From: Bacteroidales bacterium
GTDB lineage: Bacteria > Bacteroidota > Bacteroidia > Bacteroidales > VadinHA17
Length of the DNA: 64,000 nucleotides
NCBI GenBank assembly: GCA_025454755.1
Contig: JALONV010000009.1
Location: 7,561-71,560, forward strand
Reading direction: 5' to 3'
A program made the translations under genes and the position numbers. Under the pieces are notes generated by a model, which worked only from the letters and a program-made list of their open reading frames with translations, was not told where the DNA came from and ran no database searches. Within the stretch, counting starts at the first letter, position 1. Every line of letters begins with the position of its first letter. Shown one piece after another: positions 35,970 through 47,826 of this stretch.

Positions 35970-37916
35970 ATGAAACGGATTATTTCAGGAATTCTTCTCC
36001 TGTTTGTTTTTACAACATATTCTTTTACAAAGGACTACAAACTTTTTTCACCTGACGGGAAAATATTGGTAACCATAAAGGCAGGTCCGGGATTTGTGTG
36101 GTCAGCCGCTTATAACGGAAAAAGTATTATATCTTCTGCTGAGGGAGGAATGATTCTTGGGACCGGAGCTATACCTGGAGAAACTGAAATGGTAAAAAAA
36201 GCGGTTTATAGCACTATCAACCAGGAGCTTATTCCTGTTGCACCCAATAAGAGATCGAAAATTACTGATAACTGCAATACGCTGTTAATTAGTTTTAGAT
36301 CAGGCATTAACGTTCAGTTCAGAGCTTATAACGATGGTGTGGCATACAGGTTTGAGACTTCTTTCAGAAATGACATTATTGTAAAAGATGAAGTCACCGG
36401 CATTGAATTTCCTCCAGGCTCATTTTCATGGTATCCTCTTGAAGAGAGCTTCATGTCGCATAATGAAAGAGTTTACAGGTATTGTTCTCTCGACACTCTT
36501 GGCGAGAACCACCTTGCAAGCCTTCCCGCTCTGTTCGTTGCAAATGGCATCAATGTTCTGCTTACGGAATCAGACATTTCTGATTATCCCGGGATGTGGC
36601 TCAGCGACACAGGTCCCGGAAAGGTGAAGGGAGTACATCCATTTTATCCTGCTGAAGAAAAACTGCAAGGCGACAGGGATCTGGTCGTCACGAAGACGAA
36701 GGATTATATTGCTTCCACAAAAGGAGCCAGAACATTTCCATGGAGGGTTTTTGTGATCGCAGAGAAAGACGGACAGCTGATTGAAAGCGACCTGGTGTAC
36801 AAGCTTGCCGCTCCATGCAAAATCAACGATACAAAGTGGATAAAACCCGGTCAGGTTGCATGGGACTGGTGGAATGCCAATAATATATATGGTGTTAATT
36901 TCAGGGCCGGTATAAATACTGAAACGTATAAATATTATATCGATTTCGCATCATCGAACGGTATCGAATATGTGATCCTTGATGAAGGGTGGTATAAAAA
37001 AGGAACTGTCCTGGAGTCGATACCTGAAATTGATATGCCGGAGCTTTGCAGATATGGGGAAAGCAAAAATGTAGGCGTTATACTCTGGGTCGTATGGAAA
37101 ACATTCTGGGACAAAATTGATGACGCAGTTGCCTTATATGAAAAATGGGGCGTAAAGGGTGTAAAAGTTGACTTCATGCAAAGAGATGACCAGCCTTTGG
37201 TCAACTTTTACCACGAAGCAATGCAGAAAACTGCAGAACATCATCTGCTTATCGATTTTCACGGAGCCTATAAGCCTGACGGAGCAGGTCGTACATGGCC
37301 TAATGCGCTTACGAGAGAAGGAGTAAAAGGACTGGAAAACAGCAAATGGAGCAAGGATATTACTCCCGATCACAATCTCATGCTTCCTTTTATCAGGATG
37401 GTTGCAGGTCCGATGGATTATACACCCGGCGCCATGCTGAACTTTGAGAAGAATAATTTCACCCCAATTTTCAATCGTCCCGGAAGCCAGGGTACCAGGG
37501 TGCATCAAATGGCACTTTATGTGATCTTTGAAAGCCCGCTTCAAATGCTCGCAGACTCTCCGACTAACTATATGAAGGAGCAGGAGTGCACAGACTTTCT
37601 TGTGAAAATTCCGGTTGTATGGGACGACACCAGGGTGCTCGATGCGAAGATCGGAGATTACCTGCTTATTGCACGCAAATCAGGGGATGACTGGTTTGTG
37701 GGAGCATTGACCGACTGGACAGCACGTGAGATGGAACTTGATCTGTCATTCCTGCCGGCTGGGAATTATTCCATTGAAATATTCAGGGATGGAATAAATG
37801 CCGACCGGCATGCACAGGATTACAAGCATGTTACACAGGAAGTCAGGGCAGGAGAAAAGATAAAAATAGATATGGTTTCGGGCGGTGGATGGGTAGCAAA
37901 AATATCTCCGGAATAA
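35970..37916 (+). CDS. GH97 glycoside hydrolase (alpha-glucosidase-like)
   Basis: SPDG, FRAYNDGVAYR, WIKPGQVAWDWW, GVKVDF, DFHG, GPMDYTPG. Confidence 0.93.
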   Translation: MKRIISGILLLFVFTTYSFTKDYKLFSPDGKILVTIKAGPGFVWSAAYNGKSIISSAEGGMILGTGAIPGETEMVKKAVYSTINQELIPVAPNKRSKITDNCNTLLISFRSGINVQFRAYNDGVAYRFETSFRNDIIVKDEVTGIEFPPGSFSWYPLEESFMSHNERVYRYCSLDTLGENHLASLPALFVANGINVLLTESDISDYPGMWLSDTGPGKVKGVHPFYPAEEKLQGDRDLVVTKTKDYIASTKGARTFPWRVFVIAEKDGQLIESDLVYKLAAPCKINDTKWIKPGQVAWDWWNANNIYGVNFRAGINTETYKYYIDFASSNGIEYVILDEGWYKKGTVLESIPEIDMPELCRYGESKNVGVILWVVWKTFWDKIDDAVALYEKWGVKGVKVDFMQRDDQPLVNFYHEAMQKTAEHHLLIDFHGAYKPDGAGRTWPNALTREGVKGLENSKWSKDITPDHNLMLPFIRMVAGPMDYTPGAMLNFEKNNFTPIFNRPGSQGTRVHQMALYVIFESPLQMLADSPTNYMKEQECTDFLVKIPVVWDDTRVLDAKIGDYLLIARKSGDDWFVGALTDWTAREMELDLSFLPAGNYSIEIFRDGINADRHAQDYKHVTQEVRAGEKIKIDMVSGGGWVAKISPE

Positions 37917-37936
37917 TAGTTTTTATTCTGATTTGA

Positions 37937-38731
37937 ATGAAGCAATATCTCGATCTTCTTGATCATGTAATCAGGCATGGTATACATAAAGAGGACCGGA
38001 CAGGCACCGGGACCATCAGTGTTTTCGGTTACCAGATGAGGTTTAACCTTGAAGCGGGTTTTCCTCTGCTGACCACCAAGAAACTCCATGTGAAATCGAT
38101 AATTCATGAGCTGCTCTGGTTTATAGCCGGGGATACCAACCTCAAATACCTGAATGACAATGAAGTAAGTATCTGGAACGAATGGGCAGACAATGACGGC
38201 AATCTTGGGCCGATATATGGATATCAGTGGCGATCATGGCCGGCAGCCGATGGCAGAAAAATCGACCAGATCTCAGAGGTGATCAGCAGCATAAAGAAGT
38301 CGCCTGACTCAAGGCGACATATTGTAAGCACCTGGAATGTAGGTGAACTTGAAAAAATGGCACTTCCTCCATGCCATGTTATGTTCCAGTTTTATGTGGC
38401 AGGAGGTAGACTTTCATGTCAGCTCTACCAGAGAAGCTGTGATCTCTTCATTGGAGTGCCCTTCAATATTGCATCATATTCCCTTCTTACACTGATGGTT
38501 GCACAGGTAACAGGACTTAAACCGGGAGATTTTATCCACACCCTCGGTGACGCTCACATCTACCTGAACCATATTGAGCAGGTAAAGCTTCAGCTCACTA
38601 GAGAACCATATCCTTTGCCAAAAATGAAAATTAATCCCAAAGTTGATGATATTTTAAAATTCAGGTTCGGGGATTTCGAGCTGACTAATTATGTGTCACA
38701 CCCTCATATTAAAGGAGAAATATCGGTATAA
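37937..38731 (+). CDS. thyA: Thymidylate synthase
   Basis: DRTGTGT, PDSRR, ALPPCH, YQRSCD, PFNIASY, HIYLNH. Confidence 0.98.
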   Translation: MKQYLDLLDHVIRHGIHKEDRTGTGTISVFGYQMRFNLEAGFPLLTTKKLHVKSIIHELLWFIAGDTNLKYLNDNEVSIWNEWADNDGNLGPIYGYQWRSWPAADGRKIDQISEVISSIKKSPDSRRHIVSTWNVGELEKMALPPCHVMFQFYVAGGRLSCQLYQRSCDLFIGVPFNIASYSLLTLMVAQVTGLKPGDFIHTLGDAHIYLNHIEQVKLQLTREPYPLPKMKINPKVDDILKFRFGDFELTNYVSHPHIKGEISV

Positions 38732-38736
38732 AATCA

Positions 38737-39231
38737 ATGTCTATGATCTCAATAATTGTCGCTGTTTCAGAAGACCTGGGTATCGGAAAGAACAATGATC
38801 TTTTATGGCACCTGCCTGAAGATATGAAAAGGTTCAAGAGGCTTACCACAGGCAATACTGTGATTATGGGGAAGCGAACATGGGAGTCGCTCCCGAAAAG
38901 GCCTCTTCCGGGGAGGAAAAATGTAGTGATCACCGATATTCCCCACGAAAACTTTGAGGGAGCAGTAGCGGCATATTCCATTGATGATGCAGTAGCCAAA
39001 TGCAAAGGAGACAATGAGATATTCATCATGGGGGGAGGCAGTATCTACAGACAGTTCATGCCGCTGGCCGACAGGCTTTATATTACACATGTGCATAAAA
39101 GTCAGGACGCAGATGTATATTTCCCGAAGATCGACCCTGAAATCTGGGAAGTAGTTGAGAAAGAAGAATTTAAGGAAGAAGGTGAGGGGATACCGTATAC
39201 CTATGTAATATACGAACGGAAGAAAACCTGA
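38737..39231 (+). CDS. folA: Dihydrofolate reductase
   Basis: IGKNNDLLWHLPED, MGKRTWESL..RPLPGR.N, GGGSIY, ADVYFP. Confidence 0.96.
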   Translation: MSMISIIVAVSEDLGIGKNNDLLWHLPEDMKRFKRLTTGNTVIMGKRTWESLPKRPLPGRKNVVITDIPHENFEGAVAAYSIDDAVAKCKGDNEIFIMGGGSIYRQFMPLADRLYITHVHKSQDADVYFPKIDPEIWEVVEKEEFKEEGEGIPYTYVIYERKKT

Positions 39232-39339
39232 TAGAGACTGAAAAATATCCCTGAAAAAAACCTGTTTCCGATTAAACCTTTTAATGCGACTATCATCTAA
39301 ATGGTTGTTGATCGGAATTATTCACTTAAAATATGATTT

Positions 39340-40179
39340 ATGAAAACAAAGATTTTCTTAATGATTGCAGCACTTGCAATATTTTCATTTACATCATGCG
39401 ACAAGCAGTCAGACATCGACCAGACAAGCATTGACCTGGCCAATGATGATGCAGTAAGCGATGCGATTTATGAAGATGTATTCAGCTCTGTCGATAATGC
39501 CGACATTATTCTTGATAACTACATGAAGAGCGGCTATGCAAAATCTGCAGTCGCCGATTCTTGTCCTCTTGTAACAATCGATCATCCCGATGATGCGAAA
39601 TGGCCGAAAACGATCACAATTGATTTCGGAACGCTGTGCACTGGATTATATGACAACACCAGGTCAGGAAAAATAATCACTGTCGTAACTGGCCCGAGGC
39701 TTCAGCAAGGATCCAAGAAAACCGTCACATTCGATAACTATTATGTCAACGGAATCAAAGTTGAAGGCACAAAAGTGATTGAAAACATGGGTTACAATAA
39801 CAACCAAAACATGGTTTTTACAGCTACACTCACAGGCGGCAAACTTACCCTTGTTAATGGCAGAACAATTGAACGTTCATTCACCCATGAGCGTGAATGG
39901 ATTGCCGGGTTGCTGACAAAGTACATTTGGGATGACGAATGTTTCATTACCGGAACAGCAAATGGCATTACATTAAAAGGAGTAAGTTTTACCAATACCA
40001 TCACCTCTGCGCTTCACTGGAAACGTGTATGCAGGTTTATTGTAAGTGGTGTTGTAAAAATCGAAAGGGAAGGACTTGAACCTGTTGTACTGAACTATGG
40101 CGAAGGTGAATGTGATGCTAAAGCAACTCTTACCATGGGCGATCAGACAAAAGAGATACTGCTTAAATACCACAGGTAA
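39340..40179 (+). CDS. Hypothetical Bacteroidota lipoprotein
   Basis: FTSC lipobox; IDFG..C...RSGKI and YG.G.CD motifs. Confidence 0.8.
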   Translation: MKTKIFLMIAALAIFSFTSCDKQSDIDQTSIDLANDDAVSDAIYEDVFSSVDNADIILDNYMKSGYAKSAVADSCPLVTIDHPDDAKWPKTITIDFGTLCTGLYDNTRSGKIITVVTGPRLQQGSKKTVTFDNYYVNGIKVEGTKVIENMGYNNNQNMVFTATLTGGKLTLVNGRTIERSFTHEREWIAGLLTKYIWDDECFITGTANGITLKGVSFTNTITSALHWKRVCRFIVSGVVKIEREGLEPVVLNYGEGECDAKATLTMGDQTKEILLKYHR

Positions 40180-40193
40180 TATTAGTGCAAAAT

Positions 40194-40224
40194 AAGGGGG
40201 TTGAAATTTCAGCCCCCTTTTTTT
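40194..40224. terminator. Bidirectional terminator between convergent genes
   Basis: AAGGGGGTTGAA-at-TTCAGCCCCCTT followed by a T-run. Confidence 0.8.
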
Positions 40225-41440
40225 ATGATACCCTGAGCACCTTCATATCTATTCTTTCGAGCTTGCTGTTCGCATAGTCGAGTGTAATTGTCAGCTCATC
40301 TTTGCCTATCGAAGGCATATCGAACATAGCATCGAGCATAATGGTTTCGCATATCGATCTGAGTCCGCGTGCACCAAGCTTGAACTCGACAGCTTTATCC
40401 ACAATAAAATCCAGCACGCCGTCAGCAAAGGTAAGTTCGATGTTGTCCATCCTGAAAAGCTTTACATATTGCTTGACAAGTGCATTTTTTGGTTCGGTAA
40501 GGATAGCCCTGAGAGCTTTTTTATCAAGCGGATCAAGATGGGTCACTACCGGCAGCCTTCCTATGATCTCGGGGATCATTCCATAAGCCCGCAGATCCTG
40601 CGGTGCTATATATTTCAGAAGATTATCCTTGTCGACCTTTTCCCTGTTCTTTGATGCTCCATATCCTACAATCTGGGTATTAAGCCGTTGTGCGATTTTC
40701 TTTTCAATGCCGACAAAAGCCCCGCCGCATATAAATAGGATATTCTTGGTATCGACAGGTATCATCTTTTGTTCGGGATGCTTTCGTCCGCCCTGTGGAG
40801 GCACATTAACTATCGATCCTTCAAGGAGTTTCAGCAATCCCTGCTGTACACCCTCTCCGGATACATCGCGTGTTATGGAAGGATTATCGCCCTCTTTCCT
40901 TGCAATTTTGTCGATCTCGTCGATGAATACAATGCCTTTTTCGGCTGCCTTTACGTCATAATCGGCGTTCTGCAGAAGACGTGTGAGAAGGCTTTCTATA
41001 TCTTCGCCGACATAACCGGCTTCGGTAAGCACCGTCGCGTCGACTATGGTGAAGGGGACGTGCAGCATTTTTGCAACAGTTCTGGCCAGAAGGGTTTTCC
41101 CCGTTCCTGTTTCTCCTGCCAGAATTATATTCGATTTTTCGATCTCGATATCCTCGGGATCAGGTTTCTGCATCAGCCTTTTATAATGGTTATATACGGC
41201 TACGGATATAACCTTCTTGGCCATATCCTGTCCGATAACATACTGGTCGAGGAAATTCTTTATCTCGGTGGGTTTAAGAAGATTAATTGTGTCGAATGAC
41301 ACATTCTTTTTAGTACCGAGCTCTTCATTCATTATGCCATAGGCCTGTTCAATGCAATGGTCGCATATATGGCCCTCGAGACCAGCTATCAGTATGTTGG
41401 CCTCTTTTTTTGTCCTGCCGCAAAATGAACACTTATCCAT
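40223..41440 (-). CDS. clpX: ATP-dependent Clp protease ATPase subunit
   Basis: CSFCG zinc finger, [39 protein letters not shown]. Confidence 0.97.
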   Translation of the reverse strand: MDKCSFCGRTKKEANILIAGLEGHICDHCIEQAYGIMNEELGTKKNVSFDTINLLKPTEIKNFLDQYVIGQDMAKKVISVAVYNHYKRLMQKPDPEDIEIEKSNIILAGETGTGKTLLARTVAKMLHVPFTIVDATVLTEAGYVGEDIESLLTRLLQNADYDVKAAEKGIVFIDEIDKIARKEGDNPSITRDVSGEGVQQGLLKLLEGSIVNVPPQGGRKHPEQKMIPVDTKNILFICGGAFVGIEKKIAQRLNTQIVGYGASKNREKVDKDNLLKYIAPQDLRAYGMIPEIIGRLPVVTHLDPLDKKALRAILTEPKNALVKQYVKLFRMDNIELTFADGVLDFIVDKAVEFKLGARGLRSICETIMLDAMFDMPSIGKDELTITLDYANSKLERIDMKVLRVS

Positions 41441-41442
41441 TT

Positions 41443-42126
41443 TTATTTATGATCGTTTCTTACAAGGATCTCATCAATCATGCCGTAATCCTTTGCTTCC
41501 TGTGATGTCATCCAGTGATCCCTGTCGGAATCTTTTTCGACTTTTTCAACGGGATTACCCGAGTGGAGAGCAATGATCTCATAAAGTTCCCTTTTGATTT
41601 TCATGATCTCGCGTGCCTGGATTTCAATATCTGAAGCCTGACCTTCAACGCCGCCCATAGGCTGGTGGATCATTATGCGTGAATGTTTCAGTGCTGATCT
41701 TTTTCCCTTCGTGCCCGCTGTAAGGAGGACAGCTCCCATTGAAGCGGCCATCCCGGTGCAGATGGTTGCAATGTCGGAAGAGATATACTGCATTGTATCG
41801 TATATGCCAAGTCCTGCATTGACAGATCCTCCCGGTGTATTGAAATAGATCTGGATATCTTTACCGGGGTCTGAAGAATCGAGGTACAGAAGCTGTGCCT
41901 GAACGATGTTTGCAACATAATCGTCAATCGGAAGGCCGAGGAAAATAATCCTGTCCATCATCAGCCTTGAGAAGACGTCCATGGATGCTACATTTAACTG
42001 TCGTTCCTCTATGATTGTAGGAGATATATAGGCGTCGGCAATTATGGAAGAGTACCTGTGAAGGGAGAGGCTGCTTATTCCGCGCCTGCTTCGTGCAAAT
42101 CTGCCAAAATCGTCAATAATATTCAT
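41443..42126 (-). CDS. clpP: Clp protease proteolytic subunit
   Basis: [30 protein letters not shown]. Confidence 0.97.
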   Translation of the reverse strand: MNIIDDFGRFARSRRGISSLSLHRYSSIIADAYISPTIIEERQLNVASMDVFSRLMMDRIIFLGLPIDDYVANIVQAQLLYLDSSDPGKDIQIYFNTPGGSVNAGLGIYDTMQYISSDIATICTGMAASMGAVLLTAGTKGKRSALKHSRIMIHQPMGGVEGQASDIEIQAREIMKIKRELYEIIALHSGNPVEKVEKDSDRDHWMTSQEAKDYGMIDEILVRNDHK

Positions 42127-42191
42127 TTCACTCTGTTTTAGGATTAAGGATCAAAGATATGAAAATTATAAATATGATCGTAATCAGCTGA

Positions 42192-43544
42192 TTACGATTC
42201 AAAAAGCTTGTTGAACTCTTCCGCGGTAATCTTTTTGTCCTCTGTTTTTACAATCTCTTTCAGCTTCACCAGAACTTTATCTTCCAGGATCTTATCGGCA
42301 ATTCTTTTAGCATCGTCTTCTCTCTTGAGGGTCTCTTTTGCATAATTTCCTATCTGCTCATCGGTAGCATAAAATAGCCCGTACTGCCTGAACTGGTACC
42401 TTGTAATATTCTCAGCCTCTTTCTGAAGCTCCTCTTCACTGATCTTCATTTCATTATCTTTTGCGACCTTATTCCTTATCAGCTGCCATTTCAGGTCCTG
42501 CCTGAAGCTGTCGAATTCTTTTTCTATCTGTTCGCCGGTAGTGTTCTCGTTAACCTTAAGGAGCCATTTTTTCAGGAAATTTTCAGGAAGGCTGAATTCG
42601 GTATTATCCAGGATGAGCTTCTTGATATCCTGCATCAGTTTGAAATCGCTTTCGCGATTTAGACTGGCAGCTATTTCCTCTTCGATCTTCTTCATGAATT
42701 CCTCTTCAGAGTTTACCACTCCTTCGCCGTAGATCCTGTTAAAAAGCTCCTGGTTAAGATCAGCACCGTGGAACCTTGATATTTCTCCTATGGTAAACCT
42801 GAATTTGCCTTCGAGTCCTTCAACTTCCTCTTTCTTCCTGCCAAGCAGACCTGCAATCTCAGAATCATTCGGGAATGCCTTTTTTATATCAAAATCGATC
42901 GATTCATTTTCCTTTTTTCCAATGAAATCCTTCTTTATTTCTTCGTCTTTGATGATATCGACTGCGAGAGTTGCCTTTTCATTTGTGATGCCATTGGTTT
43001 TTGGATTGCCCTGATCATCGAGAGCTTCAATCTTTCCCTTCAGGATATCCTTATCTTCGGCAATCTCCTCCTTTTTAAATTCACCATAACGGCGGGTATA
43101 GTTGGCCAGATAGTCATTTTTCATTTTTTCGTCGATGGTTATCTCATACAGATTGACCTTGTTTTTTTTGCCAAGGGTTATTGTAATTGCAGGTGCAAGT
43201 CCCAGTTCAAATGAGAAGTTGAAGTCATCCTGTTTTTCAAAATCGATCTTTTCCTGTTCATCAGATTTCGGGAGCGGATCTCCAAGAATTTCGATCTTTT
43301 CATCGGCGATGTATTTATGTATATTCTCGCTGACTGTTTTATTTATCTCATCAACCTTTACAGCAAAGCCATACATTTTTCTGATCAGGTCAATAGGCAC
43401 CATGCCCGGACGGAATCCCTTGATATTGGCTTTTTTACGATAGTCTCTAAGCACTTTCTCGACTTTCTCCAGGTAATCATTTTTTTCGATCCTCACTTTC
43501 AGAACTGCATTCAGATCATCGATGTTTTCTCTTGTGATATTCAT
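42192..43544 (-). CDS. tig: Trigger factor
   Basis: GFRPGMVP ribosome-binding motif; start MNITRE at 43544 (the longer ORF overlaps the tRNA). Confidence 0.93.
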   Translation of the reverse strand: MNITRENIDDLNAVLKVRIEKNDYLEKVEKVLRDYRKKANIKGFRPGMVPIDLIRKMYGFAVKVDEINKTVSENIHKYIADEKIEILGDPLPKSDEQEKIDFEKQDDFNFSFELGLAPAITITLGKKNKVNLYEITIDEKMKNDYLANYTRRYGEFKKEEIAEDKDILKGKIEALDDQGNPKTNGITNEKATLAVDIIKDEEIKKDFIGKKENESIDFDIKKAFPNDSEIAGLLGRKKEEVEGLEGKFRFTIGEISRFHGADLNQELFNRIYGEGVVNSEEEFMKKIEEEIAASLNRESDFKLMQDIKKLILDNTEFSLPENFLKKWLLKVNENTTGEQIEKEFDSFRQDLKWQLIRNKVAKDNEMKISEEELQKEAENITRYQFRQYGLFYATDEQIGNYAKETLKREDDAKRIADKILEDKVLVKLKEIVKTEDKKITAEEFNKLFES

Positions 43545-43566
43545 ATTTCTGTTTTTGATTTTATTT

Positions 43567-43611
43567 AAAAAAACCGCCAACTCACATTTTGCTGAGGTTA
43601 TGGGCGGTTTT
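43567..43611 (-). terminator. Terminator-like hairpin between tRNA-Leu and tig
   Basis: AAAACCGCC...GGCGGTTTT stem with a T-run on the minus strand. Confidence 0.55.
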
Positions 43612-43619
43612 CGTTGTTG

Positions 43620-43702
43620 TGCGGATGAAGGGACTCGAACCCCCACGTCATTAAGACACAAGATCCTAAGTCTTGCTCGGCTACCAATTACGACACATCC
43701 GC
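43620..43702 (-). tRNA. tRNA-Leu (anticodon TAG)
   Basis: Minus strand GCGGATG...TAATTGGTA...CAAGA-CT-TAG-GA-TCTTG, long variable arm, GGGGGTTCGAGTCCCT, CATCCGC-A; no encoded CCA. Confidence 0.96.
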
Positions 43703-43754
43703 GTAAAACCGGTGCGAAAGTACAGAATTTTATTGTTTTAACAAAGAGGAGCGG

Positions 43755-44480
43755 CTATCTGCGGAGCTCAAAGTTCTTTCCGAGGTACACCGTTCTGACA
43801 TGTTCGTCTTCAGCCAGCTGTTTTGAGGTGCCGGATTTAAGTATTTTTCCTTCGAACAGCAGGTAAGCGCGATCGGTGATTGACAGGGTTTCGTGGACAT
43901 TATGATCAGTGATCAGTATCCCGATGTTCTTATTCTTCAGGTGCGATACGATACTCTGGATATCCTCAACGGCAATGGGATCGACTCCTGCAAAGGGTTC
44001 GTCGAGAAGTATAAATTTAGGTTTAAGGGCAAGGGCTCTTGCTATTTCGGTTCTTCTTCTTTCGCCGCCTGAAAGCTGTATCCCTTTGCTTTTTCTGATC
44101 TTCTGCAGGCCGAATTCCTGAAGAAGGTTTTCCATCCTTTCTGTCTGTTCTTTTTTCGGGAAACCCGACATTTCAAGCACTGCCTTCAGGTTATCTTCAA
44201 CCGACAGGTTCCTGAATACTGAAGCCTCCTGGGCCAGGTATCCGATGCCCTTGCGGGCACGCTTGTAAACAGGCAGGGTGGTGATATCCTCATCATCAAG
44301 GAATATCTTTCCTTCCTTTGGCCTTATCAAACCAACAATCATGTAGAAAGAAGTCGTCTTTCCGGCGCCATTCGGCCCAAGCAGACCTACTATTTCTCCC
44401 TGCTCAACATCAATAGAAACATGGTCGACAACAGTTCTGTTGTGATATCTTTTAACCAGGTTTTCAGTGTAAAGTTTCAT
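43755..44480 (-). CDS. lptB: LPS export ABC transporter ATP-binding protein
   Basis: [48 protein letters not shown]. Confidence 0.96.
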   Translation of the reverse strand: MKLYTENLVKRYHNRTVVDHVSIDVEQGEIVGLLGPNGAGKTTSFYMIVGLIRPKEGKIFLDDEDITTLPVYKRARKGIGYLAQEASVFRNLSVEDNLKAVLEMSGFPKKEQTERMENLLQEFGLQKIRKSKGIQLSGGERRRTEIARALALKPKFILLDEPFAGVDPIAVEDIQSIVSHLKNKNIGILITDHNVHETLSITDRAYLLFEGKILKSGTSKQLAEDEHVRTVYLGKNFELRR

Positions 44481-44488
44481 GGGAAATA

Positions 44489-45388
44489 TTATTTTGTTAC
44501 TGCCGACTTTTCAGTCTTTTCCTCATTGCTCATGAACTCGTCATGTTTTTTCTGCTTCGATCTCATTACTCCTGCCGAAATGAAAATACTTATCTCATAA
44601 AGCACAAGCAGCGGAATAGCTACCAGCATTTGTGAGAAAACATCGGGAGGAGTGATTATCGCCGCCATGATGAAAATAACGACAATAGCATGCTTTCTGT
44701 ATTTTCTCATAAAAGCCGGCGTAATGATCCCTATCTTTGTGAGAAAAAATGCGATTATCGGAAGCTCAAAAACTATACCTGTCGCAAAGCAGACCGAAGT
44801 GAGCGTGCCAATGTAGGATCTTATATTAATTTGATTGAGTACATTAGGGCTCACCTGGTAAGAGGTAAGGAAATGAATCGAAAGAGGTGCAAGTAAAAAG
44901 TATCCGAAGAGAACTCCCGTGAAAAACAGCAAAGTAGAAGCAAGAACCGCCCCTCTTGCGTGTTTTGCCTCGTTGGAATGCAGGGCAGGTCTGAAAAAAG
45001 CCCAGAATTCCCTTATTACGAAAGGAAAAGCAAGAATTAATCCGGATACCAGTGCTACAATAATGTGGGTCGTGATCTGACCAGCCATCTTAATGCTTAT
45101 CAGCTGAAATGGGTTCCCTGTGTTTATACAGAGGATATCAGGATTCCTGGTAATTCCGACGGAAGCCAGGTAGTTTCCAAACTGACAAAACAAACGGTTC
45201 GTAATAAAATCAGATTGGGAAGGCGCAATTAAAATCGTGTCGAAGAGCAGAGATTTAAAGCAGAATGCCACTATCATGAAAGACACAATTGCCACCAGTG
45301 ATCTTATTATATGCCACCTTAGTTCCTCGAGATGTTCCAGAAATGACATCTCTGCTTCCCCTTTCCTGCTCTTCCATTTAAACGCCAT
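44489..45388 (-). CDS. tatC: Twin-arginine translocase subunit TatC
   Basis: [19 protein letters not shown]...[14 protein letters not shown]. Confidence 0.96.
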   Translation of the reverse strand: MAFKWKSRKGEAEMSFLEHLEELRWHIIRSLVAIVSFMIVAFCFKSLLFDTILIAPSQSDFITNRLFCQFGNYLASVGITRNPDILCINTGNPFQLISIKMAGQITTHIIVALVSGLILAFPFVIREFWAFFRPALHSNEAKHARGAVLASTLLFFTGVLFGYFLLAPLSIHFLTSYQVSPNVLNQINIRSYIGTLTSVCFATGIVFELPIIAFFLTKIGIITPAFMRKYRKHAIVVIFIMAAIITPPDVFSQMLVAIPLLVLYEISIFISAGVMRSKQKKHDEFMSNEEKTEKSAVTK

Positions 45389-45596
45389 CTGTAGCCACCT
45401 GTTTTGAAATTCAGCGTGTAAAGATGATAAATCTTACAATTCAAAACAACAACAGCATCATGTAATGTTCTATTTATGGGGAACAATTGTGTTAATTATT
45501 TATTAAAACTAGCAATTGATAAGTAAAATTATTAATTTAGATAAACTGTTGAAATGAATAAACTGATATACAGATGTTTATTCTATAAAGAATTGA

Positions 45597-47777
45597 ATGG
45601 TAAGTGACAAGACGACACATGATTACCTGAAAAGGTATTTCGGATTCGACACCTTCAAGGGAAACCAGGAACATATCATTAGAAATGTCCTGGAAGGGAG
45701 AGATACGTTTGTACTTATGCCCACAGGCGGAGGCAAATCGCTTTGCTATCAGCTTCCTGCAGTGATGGGAGAAGGGACTGCAATCGTGATCTCTCCGCTG
45801 ATAGCCCTCATGAAAAACCAGGTTGATGCCATGCGTAACTTCAGCACCAACGACGACGTGGCCCATTTCCTTAATTCATCTCTCACCAAAACAGAAATAG
45901 CAAGAGTAAAGAAGGATGTTCTCGACCATCAGACAAAATTGCTTTATGTTGCCCCCGAATCGCTTACCAAAGAGGAAAATATAGATTTTCTCAAGAATAT
46001 TAAGGTGTCGTTTTATGCTGTCGATGAGGCGCACTGCATATCGGAATGGGGGCATGATTTCAGACCCGAATACAGGCGCATAAGGCCGATAATTGATACT
46101 ATCGGCCGTTCTCCGATAATTGCTCTCACGGCAACGGCAACACCAAAAGTTCAACATGATATCCAGAAAAACCTGGGCATCCTTGAAGCAGATGTCTTCA
46201 AGTCGTCATTCAACAGGCCAAACCTGTATTATGAAGTGAAATCGAAGCAGGACGTCACAAAAGAGATCATAAAATACATTAAGAATAATTCAGGAAAATC
46301 GGGGATCATCTATTGCCTGAGCCGCAAGAAGGTTGAAGAGATGGCTGAGGTTCTGAAAGTAAATGGCATCAAGGCGCTACCATATCATGCCGGCATGGAT
46401 TCCTCAACACGGACACAGAATCAGGACAAGTTCCTCATGGAAGAGGCGGATGTGATTGTAGCCACCATTGCTTTCGGGATGGGGATTGACAAACCCGATG
46501 TGCGATTCGTGATCCATTACGACATACCGAAGAGCCTGGAAGGCTATTACCAGGAAACCGGGCGTGCCGGCCGTGACGGAGGGGAAGGCAACTGTATTGC
46601 CTATTACAGCTATAACGATATTGTCAAGCTTGAGAAATTCATGCAGGGAAAACCTATTGCCGAACAGGAAATAGGGAAACAACTACTTCTTGAAACGGTA
46701 TCATATGCTGAGTCTTCAGTATGCAGGAGGAGACTGCTCCTTCATTATTTTGGCGAAGAGTATCCGAAAGACAATTGCGAAGCATGTGATAACTGCCTCC
46801 ATCCCAAGGAGCAGTTCGAAGGCAGTGAAGCAGTTGTCAACGTTCTGGAAACGATTCTTGCAGTCAAGGAAAAATTCAAGGCCGATCATATTGCACATAT
46901 TCTTTCAGGCAAAGTCACATCAGCAATAAAGTCGTATAAACATAACAAGCTTGAATATTTCGGAATCGGGGAGGATAAGGATGAGAAATTCTGGAACATG
47001 GTCATCAGGCAGGCCCTGATAGCAAAATTCCTCACCAAGGACATTGAGAATTATGGCCTGCTGAAGGTAACGGAAAAAGGGATGGAATTCATTGAAAAGC
47101 CATCCTCATTAATGCTTGCAGAAGATCATGATTATGCAGATACTGCAGACGAAGAGAATGCTTTCGGCGCCAAGACTGCCGCTGTCGACGAGGAGCTCTT
47201 CAGCATATTGAAAGATCTGCGGAAGAAAATTTCAAAGCAAAAAGATGTGCCTCCATTTGTGATCTTCCAGGATCCTTCACTGGAGGATATGGCTATACAG
47301 TATCCGATTACCCTCGACGAACTGCAGAATATTTCGGGTGTAGGTGCCGGCAAAGCACAACGTTACGGAAAGGAATTCGTGGATATAATCAAAAAATATG
47401 TCGAGGAAAAAGAGATAATAAGGCCTCTCGATATGGTGGTCAAGTCGGTGGTGAACAAATCAGGGATAAAGGTTTACATTATCCAGAGCATCGATATGAA
47501 GCGGCCGCTGGAGGATATTGCAGAGGCCAAGGGACTGGAGATCGGGGAGGTTATTTCAGAAGTTGAGGCGATAGTGAATTCAGGAACCCGCCTGAATCTT
47601 GATTATTATATAAATACGGTTATTGATGAAGATCGTCAGCATGACATATTTTCCTATTTCAGGGAAGAGGCCCAGACCGATTCACTGGAAGAGGCTATCA
47701 AAGAGCTGGGCAATGAATTTGAAGAAGAGGAGATAAGGCTGATGAGGATCAAGTTCCTGTCGGAGATGGGGAACTAA
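45597..47777 (+). CDS. recQ: DNA helicase RecQ
   Basis: MPTGGGKSLCYQ, VDEAHCISEWGHDFRP, QETGRAGRDG, CRR...C..CDNC, HRDC. Confidence 0.97.
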   Translation: MVSDKTTHDYLKRYFGFDTFKGNQEHIIRNVLEGRDTFVLMPTGGGKSLCYQLPAVMGEGTAIVISPLIALMKNQVDAMRNFSTNDDVAHFLNSSLTKTEIARVKKDVLDHQTKLLYVAPESLTKEENIDFLKNIKVSFYAVDEAHCISEWGHDFRPEYRRIRPIIDTIGRSPIIALTATATPKVQHDIQKNLGILEADVFKSSFNRPNLYYEVKSKQDVTKEIIKYIKNNSGKSGIIYCLSRKKVEEMAEVLKVNGIKALPYHAGMDSSTRTQNQDKFLMEEADVIVATIAFGMGIDKPDVRFVIHYDIPKSLEGYYQETGRAGRDGGEGNCIAYYSYNDIVKLEKFMQGKPIAEQEIGKQLLLETVSYAESSVCRRRLLLHYFGEEYPKDNCEACDNCLHPKEQFEGSEAVVNVLETILAVKEKFKADHIAHILSGKVTSAIKSYKHNKLEYFGIGEDKDEKFWNMVIRQALIAKFLTKDIENYGLLKVTEKGMEFIEKPSSLMLAEDHDYADTADEENAFGAKTAAVDEELFSILKDLRKKISKQKDVPPFVIFQDPSLEDMAIQYPITLDELQNISGVGAGKAQRYGKEFVDIIKKYVEEKEIIRPLDMVVKSVVNKSGIKVYIIQSIDMKRPLEDIAEAKGLEIGEVISEVEAIVNSGTRLNLDYYINTVIDEDRQHDIFSYFREEAQTDSLEEAIKELGNEFEEEEIRLMRIKFLSEMGN

Positions 47778-47816
47778 ACGGCGCAAAGGCTCAACGGCGG
47801 AGGGGCATAAAGGCTT
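47777..47816 (+). repeat. Degenerate 8-bp tandem repeat, 5 units
   Basis: aacggcgc aaaggctc aacggcgg aggggcat aaaggctt. Confidence 0.6.
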
Positions 47817-47826
47817 TTACAAAATA

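Noticed and set aside
43545-43661. N-terminal extension of tig
   Set aside because: Overlaps tRNA-Leu and its hairpin.
43620-43702. tRNA-Leu as an island attachment site
   Set aside because: No duplicated tRNA 3' end or integrase seen; flanks are core genes.
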